NCBI GenBank assembly: GCA_963718525.1
Contig: OY970355.1
Span: forward strand, 2,112,001 to 2,176,000
Length of the DNA stretch: 64,000 nucleotides
Direction of reading: 5' to 3'
Source: Candidatus Dormiibacterota bacterium
GTDB taxonomy: Bacteria > Chloroflexota > Dormibacteria > Aeolococcales > Aeolococcaceae
In this document: piece after piece, positions 19,360-28,164 of the stretch
Layout: every line of letters starts with the position of its first letter
Position numbering within the stretch: position 1 is the first letter of the stretch
The notes under the pieces: generated by a model
What the model was told of the DNA's origin: nothing
The model's input: only the letters and a program-made list of their open reading frames with translations
Databases searched by the model: none
Translations under genes and position numbers: made by a program

Positions 19360-20600
19360 CTCCGCACTTCCGCAGCCTGGGCAGCCATCACAGCACCGTC
19401 CTCAACCAGCTCGTCGATCGCGGCGGAGTCGTAGCCGATGTCTCGAAGCACGTCGATCGTATGCTCACCCAGGAGCGGTGCACCGGACATGGAGTTGCCG
19501 CCGAGCGCGGGCACCGGACCGGCCACGTGACGGAAACTTCCATAGCGGGGGTGGGCAATCTCGTGGATCAGGCCTCGCTCACGGACGGTCGGAGAGTCGA
19601 GTGCCTGCGCCACGGTGTTGAGAGGAGCGCAGGGCACGCCATGCGCCACGAGGCGATCGACGGATTGCTGAGTTGTCAGCTCGGCGAAGTCCTCGGCGAT
19701 GTGCGCTAGCACCTGCGTGCGGTGGGCAAGACGTCCCGCATTGGTTGCGTAAGCGGGATCCGTGAGCCGTTCGTCTCCGAGCGCGACAGTGAGGTTATGC
19801 CAGTTCCGGTCGTGTCCTGCGAACACGGAGATCCACCCATCGCTGGTCGCAAAATTCTGTGCGGGCACCATGGATTGATGCGCTGAGTGGGCGGTGCGTT
19901 CGAGGCGCGCGTTGCTGTTGAGCGTCCAACCGGCGAGATAGGTGAGCATCGAGATCTGCGTGTCGAACAGCCCCAGGTCGATGTGCCTGCCACGCCCGGA
20001 GCGATCGCGCTCGACGAGCGCGGCACAGATCGCAAGCGCGGCGGTGAGGCCGCCACTGTGGTCCACGTAGGAGATGCCGGCCTTTGCAGGCGGACCGTCA
20101 GGCTCTCCCGTGAGGCTCATCGCTCCTGCGAGCGCCTGGACGGTGTAGTCGTACCCCGGCCTGTCCGACAGGCTGCCCGTCTCACCAAACCCCGTGAGCG
20201 AACACGTGACGAGGCGAGGGTTGACGCCGATCAGGTGCTCGTGGTCGAGACCGAGCTTGGCCATCACCCCGGGCTTGTAATTGTCGAGGATGACATCAGC
20301 AGAGCGGGCGAGGTCGAGCATGACGGCGTGGCCGCGCGCGCTCGACATGCGCACGGCGAGCGACCGCTTTCCCCAGTTCAACGAGAGGAAGTACACCGAT
20401 TCGCCTTCCTGAAAATGCGGGCCGGTGGCCCGGGCGTCGTCCATTCGATCGGGGTCCTCGACCTTGATGACGTCGGCGCCCAGATCCGCAAGGATGGTGG
20501 CGGCATACGGGCCTGCAATGAAATGGCCGAAATCGAGGACTCGGATCCCCGCGAGGACGCCTTCCCCCTGCGGCAGCTCAGACGTTGTGCTTGTCCCCAT
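19356..20600 (-). CDS. Family III (CaiB/BaiF) CoA-transferase
   Basis: IAGPYAATILADLGADVIKVE, NWGKRSL, DNYKPG, PGYD, ISYVD. Confidence 0.92.
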   Translation of the reverse strand: MGTSTTSELPQGEGVLAGIRVLDFGHFIAGPYAATILADLGADVIKVEDPDRMDDARATGPHFQEGESVYFLSLNWGKRSLAVRMSSARGHAVMLDLARSADVILDNYKPGVMAKLGLDHEHLIGVNPRLVTCSLTGFGETGSLSDRPGYDYTVQALAGAMSLTGEPDGPPAKAGISYVDHSGGLTAALAICAALVERDRSGRGRHIDLGLFDTQISMLTYLAGWTLNSNARLERTAHSAHQSMVPAQNFATSDGWISVFAGHDRNWHNLTVALGDERLTDPAYATNAGRLAHRTQVLAHIAEDFAELTTQQSVDRLVAHGVPCAPLNTVAQALDSPTVRERGLIHEIAHPRYGSFRHVAGPVPALGGNSMSGAPLLGEHTIDVLRDIGYDSAAIDELVEDGAVMAAQAAEVRR

Positions 20601-21030
20601 GTGTCAGTGGTTCACTCCCGGCGTTGCCTCCGGACAGGTGGTCGGAGGTTTCTCCTGTAGCACAGATGGTCCGGGTCACGTGGAGTCCTGCGTACACCCA
20701 GTAGATCGTGAGCGGTTCGGCGCCGGCGTTGATGAAGCAATGCGGCACCGTTGCTGGAACCCAGGTTGCATCACCGGCAACAGCCGTCATATCGGCATCG
20801 CCAACCGTGACGGTGGCCGTGCCTGCGAGCACGAGCACCGTTTCCTCGACGTTGTGGGTGTGGAGCGGAATGCCCTGTCCCGGTGGTATCCGAGTGATGC
20901 CCGTCGTGACGCTCGAGACCCGAGAGTTCCACTTGCCGACGTATGGGATGCTGCTCACGCCGTTGCCACGCGAGAGGCTGGTCAGCGAGGCGCCGCGGAG
21001 GAACAGCGACGGCTCAGGCAGGGATGTCAT
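20578..21030 (-). CDS. Cupin domain protein
   Basis: PLHTHNVEETVLVLAG ... WVPATVPHCFIN. Start MTSLPEP; alternative start at 21045. Confidence 0.85.
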   Translation of the reverse strand: MTSLPEPSLFLRGASLTSLSRGNGVSSIPYVGKWNSRVSSVTTGITRIPPGQGIPLHTHNVEETVLVLAGTATVTVGDADMTAVAGDATWVPATVPHCFINAGAEPLTIYWVYAGLHVTRTICATGETSDHLSGGNAGSEPLTHGDKHNV

Positions 21031-21718
21031 CGGTACGTCGTGCATCGTCCTCTGCCGGTGGGGCTCCGCGGCGCGTGTCAGTGGATGCGTGCTCCTCCCA
21101 GCGCCACACCGACTGACTCCGGACGTAGCGCGCGTACCGCCATACGCCCATGAGCGATGCGGCATCAGCCGCGAGAGTCTCAGCCAGCTCTCCGGCCGAC
21201 CACGTGGGAATGAGCGCTGCGGCGGGAGCGTCGATGATGATCGCGCTCTCATCCCGCGAGCGACGCGAAGTCTCGAAGACCCGCGCCTGGCACACCGACG
21301 GCAGCGCGAGGCGGCTGAGGATTCTCTCGAGGGATGCCCCGCGATGGCCGCGGAAACGGAGCATCACCAGGCCCCAGGCGGTTTCCGGAGTGTGTGTGCG
21401 ACCGCTGGTCACCTCACGGAGCACGAGGCGCTGGCGCCCGAACACCCGCGAAAGCATCCACTGGCTCCACGGCGAGAAATTCTGGCCGGTGATCGACCGA
21501 TATGAGTCTTCCTCCAGCGTGTCGAAGGGGTCGACGTCATAGCACGACATGTAGCGAGGCCAACCATCGGTGCAGACCCAGCGGGTTGCTGCCTTGAACC
21601 CGGCCACGCGGGTGTGATCAGGCACGAGCTCGAGGTCGAACCAATCATGAAAGGCCGCCTCCTCGCCAGTGGCGGGCTCCATCAAGACCATCAGCATGCC
21701 GGGCGAATTCATGGCCAT
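21014..21718 (-). CDS. Dimeric alpha/beta-barrel (EthD/DUF4286-like) protein
   Basis: EEAAFHDWFDLELVPDHTRVAGFKAATRW...PRYMSCYD; SD GGGGA before the ATG. Confidence 0.65.
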   Translation of the reverse strand: MAMNSPGMLMVLMEPATGEEAAFHDWFDLELVPDHTRVAGFKAATRWVCTDGWPRYMSCYDVDPFDTLEEDSYRSITGQNFSPWSQWMLSRVFGRQRLVLREVTSGRTHTPETAWGLVMLRFRGHRGASLERILSRLALPSVCQARVFETSRRSRDESAIIIDAPAAALIPTWSAGELAETLAADAASLMGVWRYARYVRSQSVWRWEEHASTDTRRGAPPAEDDARRTDDIPA

Positions 21719-21797
21719 AGTTCCCCGTTGCGGACGACACTCCTGCAGGTGCACTGCGGTCGTCCAGCGAGGATAACCACACCTATAGTATATAAGA

Positions 21798-23036
21798 TCA
21801 CCCGGCAATCCCCTGGGTGCGGAGCTGCTCGATCGCGTCTTTCGACATGCCGAGCACCTCGCTGAGCACCGCCTCGGTGTGCTCGCCGAGCAACGGCGGC
21901 GTCGACGCGGGGACACGACCGAAATCGCTGAAGTCAAACGGCGTGGAAGCCGCTGGGTATTCGCCGGCGCCTGGCTGCGACACCATCGAAAACATGGGAT
22001 TCGCCGGCGACGCCTCGGGGTCGCGGGCCAGGTCGGTGAACGTCTGGTACGCGCTCCACAGCACGCCATGGGCATCGAATCGTTCGCGGATGTTCGTGAG
22101 GTCGTGCGCCGAAGTCCACTCCCCGATCAGCGCGGCGATCGCGTACCGCGCATTCCAGCGCTCGCCCTCGTCATCCAGGTCGACCTCGAGCTTGGCACCG
22201 AGCGCATCGAACTCATCCTGGAGGGAGGTCGCTCGCTTCAGACGATGCCACTGGCCGGGCGTGAGCGCGACCACCATGACATACCGTCCGTCCCGGGTTT
22301 GGAAGTCCTTGCCGAAGGTGCCGTAGATGTAGTTGCCGTCGCGCCGGCGCGGCTCGGGATCCAGGACGGCTTCGGCGATGACGCCGAGGCGCGACGCGTA
22401 GGCCAGTGCGATGTCTGCGAGGCTGACGCTGACGAGCTGGCCCTTGCCGGTACGTGACCTGTGGCGCTCCGCCGCCAGGAGACCGCTGGTCAGCACGTGG
22501 CCGGCCATCCCATCCCACGCAGGCATCACGTGGTTGACCGGCGGCCCGTCGGGATCCGATCCAGTGACCATTGGAAAGCCGACCCTCGCGTTGACCGTGT
22601 AGTCCACCGCCGGAGACCCGTCGCGGTTTCCTGTCAACCGCACCATGATCACATCGGGGCGGGACTCGCGCAGACGCCGAAACGACAGGCCTCCCTGGGC
22701 ATCGAGATTCGTGAGCACCAGCCCGCCGTCTCTGCCACCCGAGGCCACGAGCTGGCGCACGATCTCCTGGCCCCGCGCGTCACGAAGATCGAGCGTGACC
22801 GATCGTTTCCCCTGATTGAGGCCCGCCCAATACAGGCTTTTGCCGCGCCACAGCGGCCACCGGCCGCTGTCGACGCCTCCGCCGACGGGATCGATGCGAA
22901 TGACGTCCGCTCCCAGCGATGCGAGAGTCGCGCCCGCCAGCGGGACCGCGACGAACGCGGACATCTCCACCACACGCATCCCGGCGAGGATGCCGGCGTG
23001 ACTACCGTTCGCTGCCGTCACGGTTCCCGTCGACAT
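21798..23036 (-). CDS. mct: Mesaconyl-CoA C1:C4 CoA transferase (2-methylfumaryl-CoA isomerase) homologue
   Basis: Mct-like segments: SAFVAVPLAGATLASLGADVIRIDPVGGG.D..RWP, SLYWAGLNQGKRS, RDGSPAVDYTVN, VNHVMPAWD, GNYIYGTFGKDF, DEGERWNAR, NPMFSMVSQPG. These closely match Chloroflexus Mct as I recall it. Confidence 0.82.
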   Translation of the reverse strand: MSTGTVTAANGSHAGILAGMRVVEMSAFVAVPLAGATLASLGADVIRIDPVGGGVDSGRWPLWRGKSLYWAGLNQGKRSVTLDLRDARGQEIVRQLVASGGRDGGLVLTNLDAQGGLSFRRLRESRPDVIMVRLTGNRDGSPAVDYTVNARVGFPMVTGSDPDGPPVNHVMPAWDGMAGHVLTSGLLAAERHRSRTGKGQLVSVSLADIALAYASRLGVIAEAVLDPEPRRRDGNYIYGTFGKDFQTRDGRYVMVVALTPGQWHRLKRATSLQDEFDALGAKLEVDLDDEGERWNARYAIAALIGEWTSAHDLTNIRERFDAHGVLWSAYQTFTDLARDPEASPANPMFSMVSQPGAGEYPAASTPFDFSDFGRVPASTPPLLGEHTEAVLSEVLGMSKDAIEQLRTQGIAG

Positions 23037-23529
23037 CGAGACGGGGGAGAACCGGCCCGTGGCCACGGCGATACACCATGACCGTCCGCCGGTAGGTGAT
23101 CACGACCGTGCCCTCCTGGTTGAACCCCGTCGTCCGCACGGTCACGATGCCGACGTTGGGCCGAGACCTGGAGGTGCGAGCCTCGAGGACCTCGCTCTGT
23201 GAGTAGATCGTGTCTCCCTCGAACACCGGGTGGGGAAGGCGAACCTCGTCCCACGCGAGATTTGCCATGACGTTCTGCGAGACATCGCTGACGCTCTGTC
23301 CGGTCACCAACGCCAAGGTGAACGTCGAGTTCACGATGGGTCGCCCGAATTCGGTCTGTGCGGCGTAGTGATGGTCGAAATGCGCGGAGGCCGTGTTCTG
23401 CGTGAGCAGCGTGAACCAGATGTTGTCGGTGCCCGTGACGGTGCGCCCAAGGGGGTGGCGATAGACATCCCCGACCGTGAAGTCCTCGAAATAGCGTCCG
23501 GACCAGCTGACGGTGGCGGGAGCAGGCAC
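23002..23529 (-). CDS. MaoC-family (R)-specific enoyl-CoA hydratase, RipB/Ich-like
   Basis: GRYFEDFTVGD, GRTVTGTDNIWFTLLTQN, HFDHHYA, ANLAWDEVRLPHPVFEGDT, SRSRPNVGIV. Confidence 0.85.
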   Translation of the reverse strand: MPAPATVSWSGRYFEDFTVGDVYRHPLGRTVTGTDNIWFTLLTQNTASAHFDHHYAAQTEFGRPIVNSTFTLALVTGQSVSDVSQNVMANLAWDEVRLPHPVFEGDTIYSQSEVLEARTSRSRPNVGIVTVRTTGFNQEGTVVITYRRTVMVYRRGHGPVLPRLDVDGNRDGSER

Positions 23530-23531
23530 CG

Positions 23532-24332
23532 TCAGCCGCTCGCGAGCACCGGCCGCAGGTCCGCGAGGAGCTGCTCGGCGACGATCTGAAAGATGAAGTT
23601 GACTCCCTGCAGCATGATCATCCGGACGCCGCGCTCGTGCAGCATGATCACGCGCTTGCGCATCTCGTCCAGCGTGTATGCGTAGCTGGTGTTTGCGCCA
23701 ATGGTGACGCCATGTCGGCGCCCAAGCTCGACAGCACGATCCACGTATTCCCAGAGCCGTTCGTTGTAGAAGTCGGGCTGTTCCGAGTCCGAGATGATGC
23801 GTGATGCATCGCTCATCGCGATGAACACGATGTGGATCTCGGGATCCGCGATGATCTCTTCGAGCGAGTCGAGACCGCCCTGAGTCTCCGGCTGCGGAAT
23901 CACGTAGGAGCGACCTTGATGTGCCGGCTCCGACCGTCCCTCAGCGCTCTCGCGACCGCGATGTATGACCAGGCCCTTGCGATGCCAGTCGCGTGCCGCC
24001 ACCACGCACTCGTCGATCTCACGCTTCTCTGAGTGCGACACCAGCATGAACTGCGCCCCAACGCCGATCGCACGCGCGACGTCGGGCGCGATCCGGTGGT
24101 CGTAGCCGAGCCATGGGTTGCTCTGAATTCGCACGACGGGTGTGATCTCAGCGGCTTCAGCGGCGGTGATCAGCGCAGACGTCTGATGCCAGTCATGCGA
24201 GCTGAACATCTGGTCGATCATCACCCATCGAAAGCCGACGTATCCGCAGAGGTCGACCATGTCTGCGCTGTTGACCCAGAGACCGAGGCTCGTTCGTCCC
24301 GCCTCGAGATCCTCGAGCAGTGGATTGCGCAC
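23532..24332 (-). CDS. Divergent HpcH/HpaI aldolase family protein
   Basis: GFRWVMIDQMF, PVVRI, GAQFMLV, PQPET, VFIAMSD. Confidence 0.75.
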   Translation of the reverse strand: MRNPLLEDLEAGRTSLGLWVNSADMVDLCGYVGFRWVMIDQMFSSHDWHQTSALITAAEAAEITPVVRIQSNPWLGYDHRIAPDVARAIGVGAQFMLVSHSEKREIDECVVAARDWHRKGLVIHRGRESAEGRSEPAHQGRSYVIPQPETQGGLDSLEEIIADPEIHIVFIAMSDASRIISDSEQPDFYNERLWEYVDRAVELGRRHGVTIGANTSYAYTLDEMRKRVIMLHERGVRMIMLQGVNFIFQIVAEQLLADLRPVLASG

Positions 24333-24405
24333 GTGATGCCTCCTGGGGCACCGCCCTTAAAGCAGGTGGCCGGGCGTGGTACCGAGCCGGTGACCCCGGC
24401 TCTTG

Positions 24406-24420
24406 TGGAATACTATTCCA
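24406..24420. promoter_or_regulatory. Palindromic operator candidate (IclR-like)
   Basis: TGGAATA-C-TATTCCA perfect inverted repeat between divergent genes; near-copy at 30289-30303. Confidence 0.65.
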
Positions 24421-24500
24421 ACAATGGCGGCTTTTGCACCGTGCCACGTTCGCGCACGGAGACCGGCCGGCAGCACCATCTCGGTGCCGGTGACCACGCG

Positions 24501-25856
24501 GTGAAGCTGCTGGCGGCGACCGGGATGCTCGGCTCGGGCTTCCTCGAAAGCTCGATCGCTCGAGGCGTCGATGAGGGCGCGGCGATGATCGGCTGCGACT
24601 CCGGGACGACCGACTTCGGACCCCATCTTCTCGCCACCGGGCGCTCGCATTTCTCTCGGTCCTCGGTCAGGAGGGACCTGGGGATCATGATCGAACACGC
24701 GCGTCGCACAAGGATTCCGGTGGTGATCGGCTCGGCCGGCGGGTCGGGAAGTGACTCCGGGGTTGCATGGATGAGCGACATCGTTCGCGAGATCGCGGAC
24801 CAACTCGGCCTGCACTTCAGTCTCGCGCAGATCCATGCCGAGCAGCCGGCGCACGTGATCCGCGAGCTGCTGGCGCAGGGCCGGGTGCGCGCGCTGCCGC
24901 GTATGGGGGAACTCACTGGCGAGGACGTCGATTCCTCGTTGCACATGGTCGCCATGATGGGTGCGGAGCCGATCCAGGAGGCACTGTCGCGGGGGGCTGA
25001 CGTTGTTGTCGCAGGGCGGGCGAGCGACGCCTCCATCTTTGCGGCGCTCCCGCTGCTTGCAGGCCACGATCCGGGGCTGTGCTGGCATGCGGGGAAGATT
25101 CTCGAATGTGGCGCCGCCGCCGTCGTGCAGCGCACCGCGCCGGACAGCATGCAGGCAGAGATGCACGCGAGCGGTGTCGACATCGAGCCGCTGCGCCCTG
25201 ACTACCGCTGCACGCCCCAGAGCGTCGCGTCACATACGCTGTACGAGAACGCGGACCCGTTCAACCTCATCGAACCGTCAGGTGTCCTCGATACGCTCCA
25301 GACACGATATGACGCCATCTCGGATCGCGCGGTTCGCATCTCAGGGTCCAGGTTTCACGAGGCAGCCGAGTACACGGTCAAGCTGGAGGGCGCGCGAAAG
25401 GTTGGCTACTCGACCGTCATTCCCGGCGCCATTCGCGATCCGCTGATCATCAACCAGCTCGACGCCTGGTTGGCGACGCTCGACGCGGCGATCACCGCGC
25501 GTCTTCGACAGACGCTCACACCCACGGACACGTACACGATCGCGACTCGCGTCTACGGGCGAAACGGAGTGATGGGGGAGCTCGAGCCTGTCCCACGGGT
25601 CGAGGGCCACGAGGTCATGCTGCTCTGGGATGTCATCTCCGGATCACAGGAGCTCTCGCATTCGATCGCGGCCGCCCTGACGCACATGGCGGCGCACAAT
25701 CCGATCCCGGAATGGCATGGACTGATCAGCGGGGTGGCGTTTCCCTTTGCTCCGTCTGAGATTGACCGCGGGCCGGTGTACGAGTTCCACCTCAATCACG
25801 TGATCGTTCCCGAATCCCCGACCGCGCTGTTTCCGATCGACATGACGGTGGTCTGA
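24501..25856 (+). CDS. AtuA-like (DUF1446) family protein; alternative start at 24441
   Basis: TGMLGSGF, IGCDSGTTDFGP, IGSAGGSG, VAMMGAEP, VVAGRASD, HAGKILECGA, SVASHTLYENADP, YTVKLEGA. Confidence 0.85.
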   Translation: MKLLAATGMLGSGFLESSIARGVDEGAAMIGCDSGTTDFGPHLLATGRSHFSRSSVRRDLGIMIEHARRTRIPVVIGSAGGSGSDSGVAWMSDIVREIADQLGLHFSLAQIHAEQPAHVIRELLAQGRVRALPRMGELTGEDVDSSLHMVAMMGAEPIQEALSRGADVVVAGRASDASIFAALPLLAGHDPGLCWHAGKILECGAAAVVQRTAPDSMQAEMHASGVDIEPLRPDYRCTPQSVASHTLYENADPFNLIEPSGVLDTLQTRYDAISDRAVRISGSRFHEAAEYTVKLEGARKVGYSTVIPGAIRDPLIINQLDAWLATLDAAITARLRQTLTPTDTYTIATRVYGRNGVMGELEPVPRVEGHEVMLLWDVISGSQELSHSIAAALTHMAAHNPIPEWHGLISGVAFPFAPSEIDRGPVYEFHLNHVIVPESPTALFPIDMTVV

Positions 25857-25857
25857 C

Positions 25858-26196
25858 GTGCGCAGGCCTCTCGGCGAGCTGGCGAAGCTCATCAGATCGA
25901 AGAATGCAGGCCCGTTCTGGCTCACCTTTGATGTGATGTTCGACGACCCGGAGATCTACCGCCAGGTGCGTGACCAGCAGGTGCTCAGCGTGGAGCGCGT
26001 CGCAGCCTGCTATCGGCAGGATCCGTCGTCGGTCCTCGTGTTTGCCCATGACACCGCGCTTGCGATCAAGGTCAGCTTTCCGCGACCTGTGAGCTCCGGA
26101 TCGGCGCGGGACACCGACGTGTTCGGCGGCCAGCAATACGCCCCGCTGATGGACTTCACAGTCGAGCTCAGCGGCGGTAGTGCGACGACGTCGTAG
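25858..26196 (+). CDS. DUF4387 family protein
   Basis: LAKLIRSKNAGPFWLTFDVMF...AIKVSFPRP...DTDVFGGQQYAPL; directly follows the AtuA-like gene. Confidence 0.85.
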   Translation: MRRPLGELAKLIRSKNAGPFWLTFDVMFDDPEIYRQVRDQQVLSVERVAACYRQDPSSVLVFAHDTALAIKVSFPRPVSSGSARDTDVFGGQQYAPLMDFTVELSGGSATTS

Positions 26197-27016
26197 GTCG
26201 GATCGCCGAAGCTGACCGATCCAGGACCTGGGAGACCTCACCCGCCGCTGCCAGCAGATCCGGAAGCCACGCCTCAAGCCGCTCGAGGGTGCAACGCTCC
26301 GCAGGCCCGGCAATGGTGAGGGCGGCCGCGATGCTCCGATCCGGACCGAGTATCGGCGCCGAAACCGCGTCGATACCCTGGACGTGGGAGGACTGCGCGA
26401 GTGCGTATCCCTCGGAGGCAATCGTCTCGACACGGCGTACGAGGACGGCGCGCGATGGTATCGCCGGGTCCAGCTTGCGGAGCTGTGCCAGGTGGCTCCA
26501 GTACGCGCGACGGTCGGGCTCCGCGGCGTACGCCAGAAGGAGCTCGCCGGTCACGCCGCTGTGGAGCGGCGCGAGTTGCCCGATCTGCGCAACCCATCGA
26601 ATCTCATGAGTCCCTTCGACTGCTTCGATGCAGACGCGCTCGAAACCCGTCTGGACGTTGAGCGTGATCGTCTCGGCGGTCAGATCACGCAGACGGAGCA
26701 TGTACGGATACACCACGCCGCGGAGGTCCGCGCGTGAGTTCATCTGACGGAACAGCGTGAGCATCCGCCAGCTCAGCGCATATCGCTGAGTCTCCGGGTG
26801 CTGGTCGACGAGCTGCTTGCGGCGCAACGCGGTGAGGATGCGATGGATGGCGCTTCCGCTCGCCTTGGTTTCGCGCGCAAGCTCGGTGACGCTCAGCGAT
26901 CCCGTGTCCGTCTGGGCGAGCAGCAACAGGATCTCTGCAGCGCGCTCCACCGCGAGCGCGGACGCACTTCGTTCAAGCGCCGGCTCGGCGTCGGCAATCG
27001 CGACCGCCGCCTTCAT
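26168..27016 (-). CDS. IclR family transcriptional regulator
   Basis: AVERAAEILLLLA, SVTELA...HRILTAL, LRDLTAETI, PLHSG, AVSAPI, ALTIAGP; ATGA-coupled to the E2 gene. Confidence 0.9.
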   Translation of the reverse strand: MKAAVAIADAEPALERSASALAVERAAEILLLLAQTDTGSLSVTELARETKASGSAIHRILTALRRKQLVDQHPETQRYALSWRMLTLFRQMNSRADLRGVVYPYMLRLRDLTAETITLNVQTGFERVCIEAVEGTHEIRWVAQIGQLAPLHSGVTGELLLAYAAEPDRRAYWSHLAQLRKLDPAIPSRAVLVRRVETIASEGYALAQSSHVQGIDAVSAPILGPDRSIAAALTIAGPAERCTLERLEAWLPDLLAAAGEVSQVLDRSASAIRPTTSSHYRR

Positions 27017-28164
27017 ACGCCAGGCTCGGTGGGTGTGACGCTTTCCAGCCACTGACGGCACGCCCCGAGGAATGACGATGCCTGCAGGCCGTCCATCACC
27101 CGGTGATCAAGGCTGAGGCTTAGATACATCATCGGCCGCACCTCGGCTTTGCCGTTGACTGCGACGGGGCGATCCACAACCGAGCCCATGGTGATCACCG
27201 CGGATTGTCCCGGGGCGATCACCGAGTAGCTCAGCAATGTGCCAAGGGAACCGGAGTTGTTGACGGTGAAGGTTCCGCCGGAGAGATCCGCCGTCACCAG
27301 CTGTCGTGCGCGGGCACGAGCCGTGAGATCCCCGAGCGCTACCGCGAGCTCCGGAATCGAGAGGCGATCGGCGTTCTTGATGACCGGTACGATCACGCCC
27401 TCCGGCAGCCCCATGGCGACGCCGATGTTGATCGCGCGATGAACGATGATGCCGTCCTCGGAGAACGTCGAGTTGACCTCGGGGAATTTGCGCAGCGACG
27501 CCGCGGCTGCGGCCACCATGTACGTCAGGTATGAGAGCGACACGCCGTACTGGCGGCGCACCGTGCCGCGATTCACCTTCAGACCTCCGCCGACTGCGCT
27601 CATATCGACTTCCTGCATCTGCCACGCATGCGGGATGGTCGCTTTCGACAGCGCCATGCGCTCCGCGATGCGGCGACGCGTCGGAGTCAAGGGAATGACT
27701 TCGTCGCCTTCGAGTGACTGCGGGGGCGCGACAACGGTCGCCGGACCCGACGCTGCCCGCCGATGGGGAGGAGTTGGCACGTCTGGCTGCTGCGCGACCA
27801 CCTCTGGCACCGAGGAGTCATCGGCCGCATCGGATTGAGCAACCGCCTGCTGCCGTGCCGGAGGAGCCGCCGGGGTCGCCGGGACTTCGATGGTCGCCAC
27901 GTCGATGTCACCACCTGCGGCGCCGTTGACCTCCAGGACAGCGATGTCCGCTCCGACAGGGACCACCGCCCCCTCCGCTGCGAGGATTTCCGTGAGCACG
28001 CCGGTGACCGGAGCCGGCACTTCTGCGTCGACCTTGTCAGTGTTGATCTCGACCATGGCGTCGAACTCCGCAACCCGGTCTCCAGGATTAACCAGCCAGC
28101 GTGAGATGGTGCCCTCGGTTACGGATTCGCCGAGTTGCGGCATGGTGACCAGGTAGCGGCTCAT
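27013..28164 (-). CDS. 2-oxoacid dehydrogenase E2 (dihydrolipoamide acyltransferase), single lipoyl domain
   Basis: MPQLGESVTEG...EINTDKVDAEVPAP (lipoyl Lys), GGTFTVNN, SLDHRVMDG. Confidence 0.92.
   Translation of the reverse strand: MSRYLVTMPQLGESVTEGTISRWLVNPGDRVAEFDAMVEINTDKVDAEVPAPVTGVLTEILAAEGAVVPVGADIAVLEVNGAAGGDIDVATIEVPATPAAPPARQQAVAQSDAADDSSVPEVVAQQPDVPTPPHRRAASGPATVVAPPQSLEGDEVIPLTPTRRRIAERMALSKATIPHAWQMQEVDMSAVGGGLKVNRGTVRRQYGVSLSYLTYMVAAAAASLRKFPEVNSTFSEDGIIVHRAINIGVAMGLPEGVIVPVIKNADRLSIPELAVALGDLTARARARQLVTADLSGGTFTVNNSGSLGTLLSYSVIAPGQSAVITMGSVVDRPVAVNGKAEVRPMMYLSLSLDHRVMDGLQASSFLGACRQWLESVTPTEPGV

Noticed and set aside
21798-23529. Evidence for autotrophy via the 3-hydroxypropionate bicycle
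   Set aside because: Only an Mct homologue and generic hydratase/lyase genes are present. The key enzymes Mcr and Pcs are not in the window and the context is catabolic.
24033-24500. N-terminal extensions in the ORF track (607-aa AtuA ORF; also the ORFs starting at 11519, 14651, 31354, 39989 and 54822)
   Set aside because: They overlap neighbouring genes. Recognisable homology and coupled start codons begin downstream.
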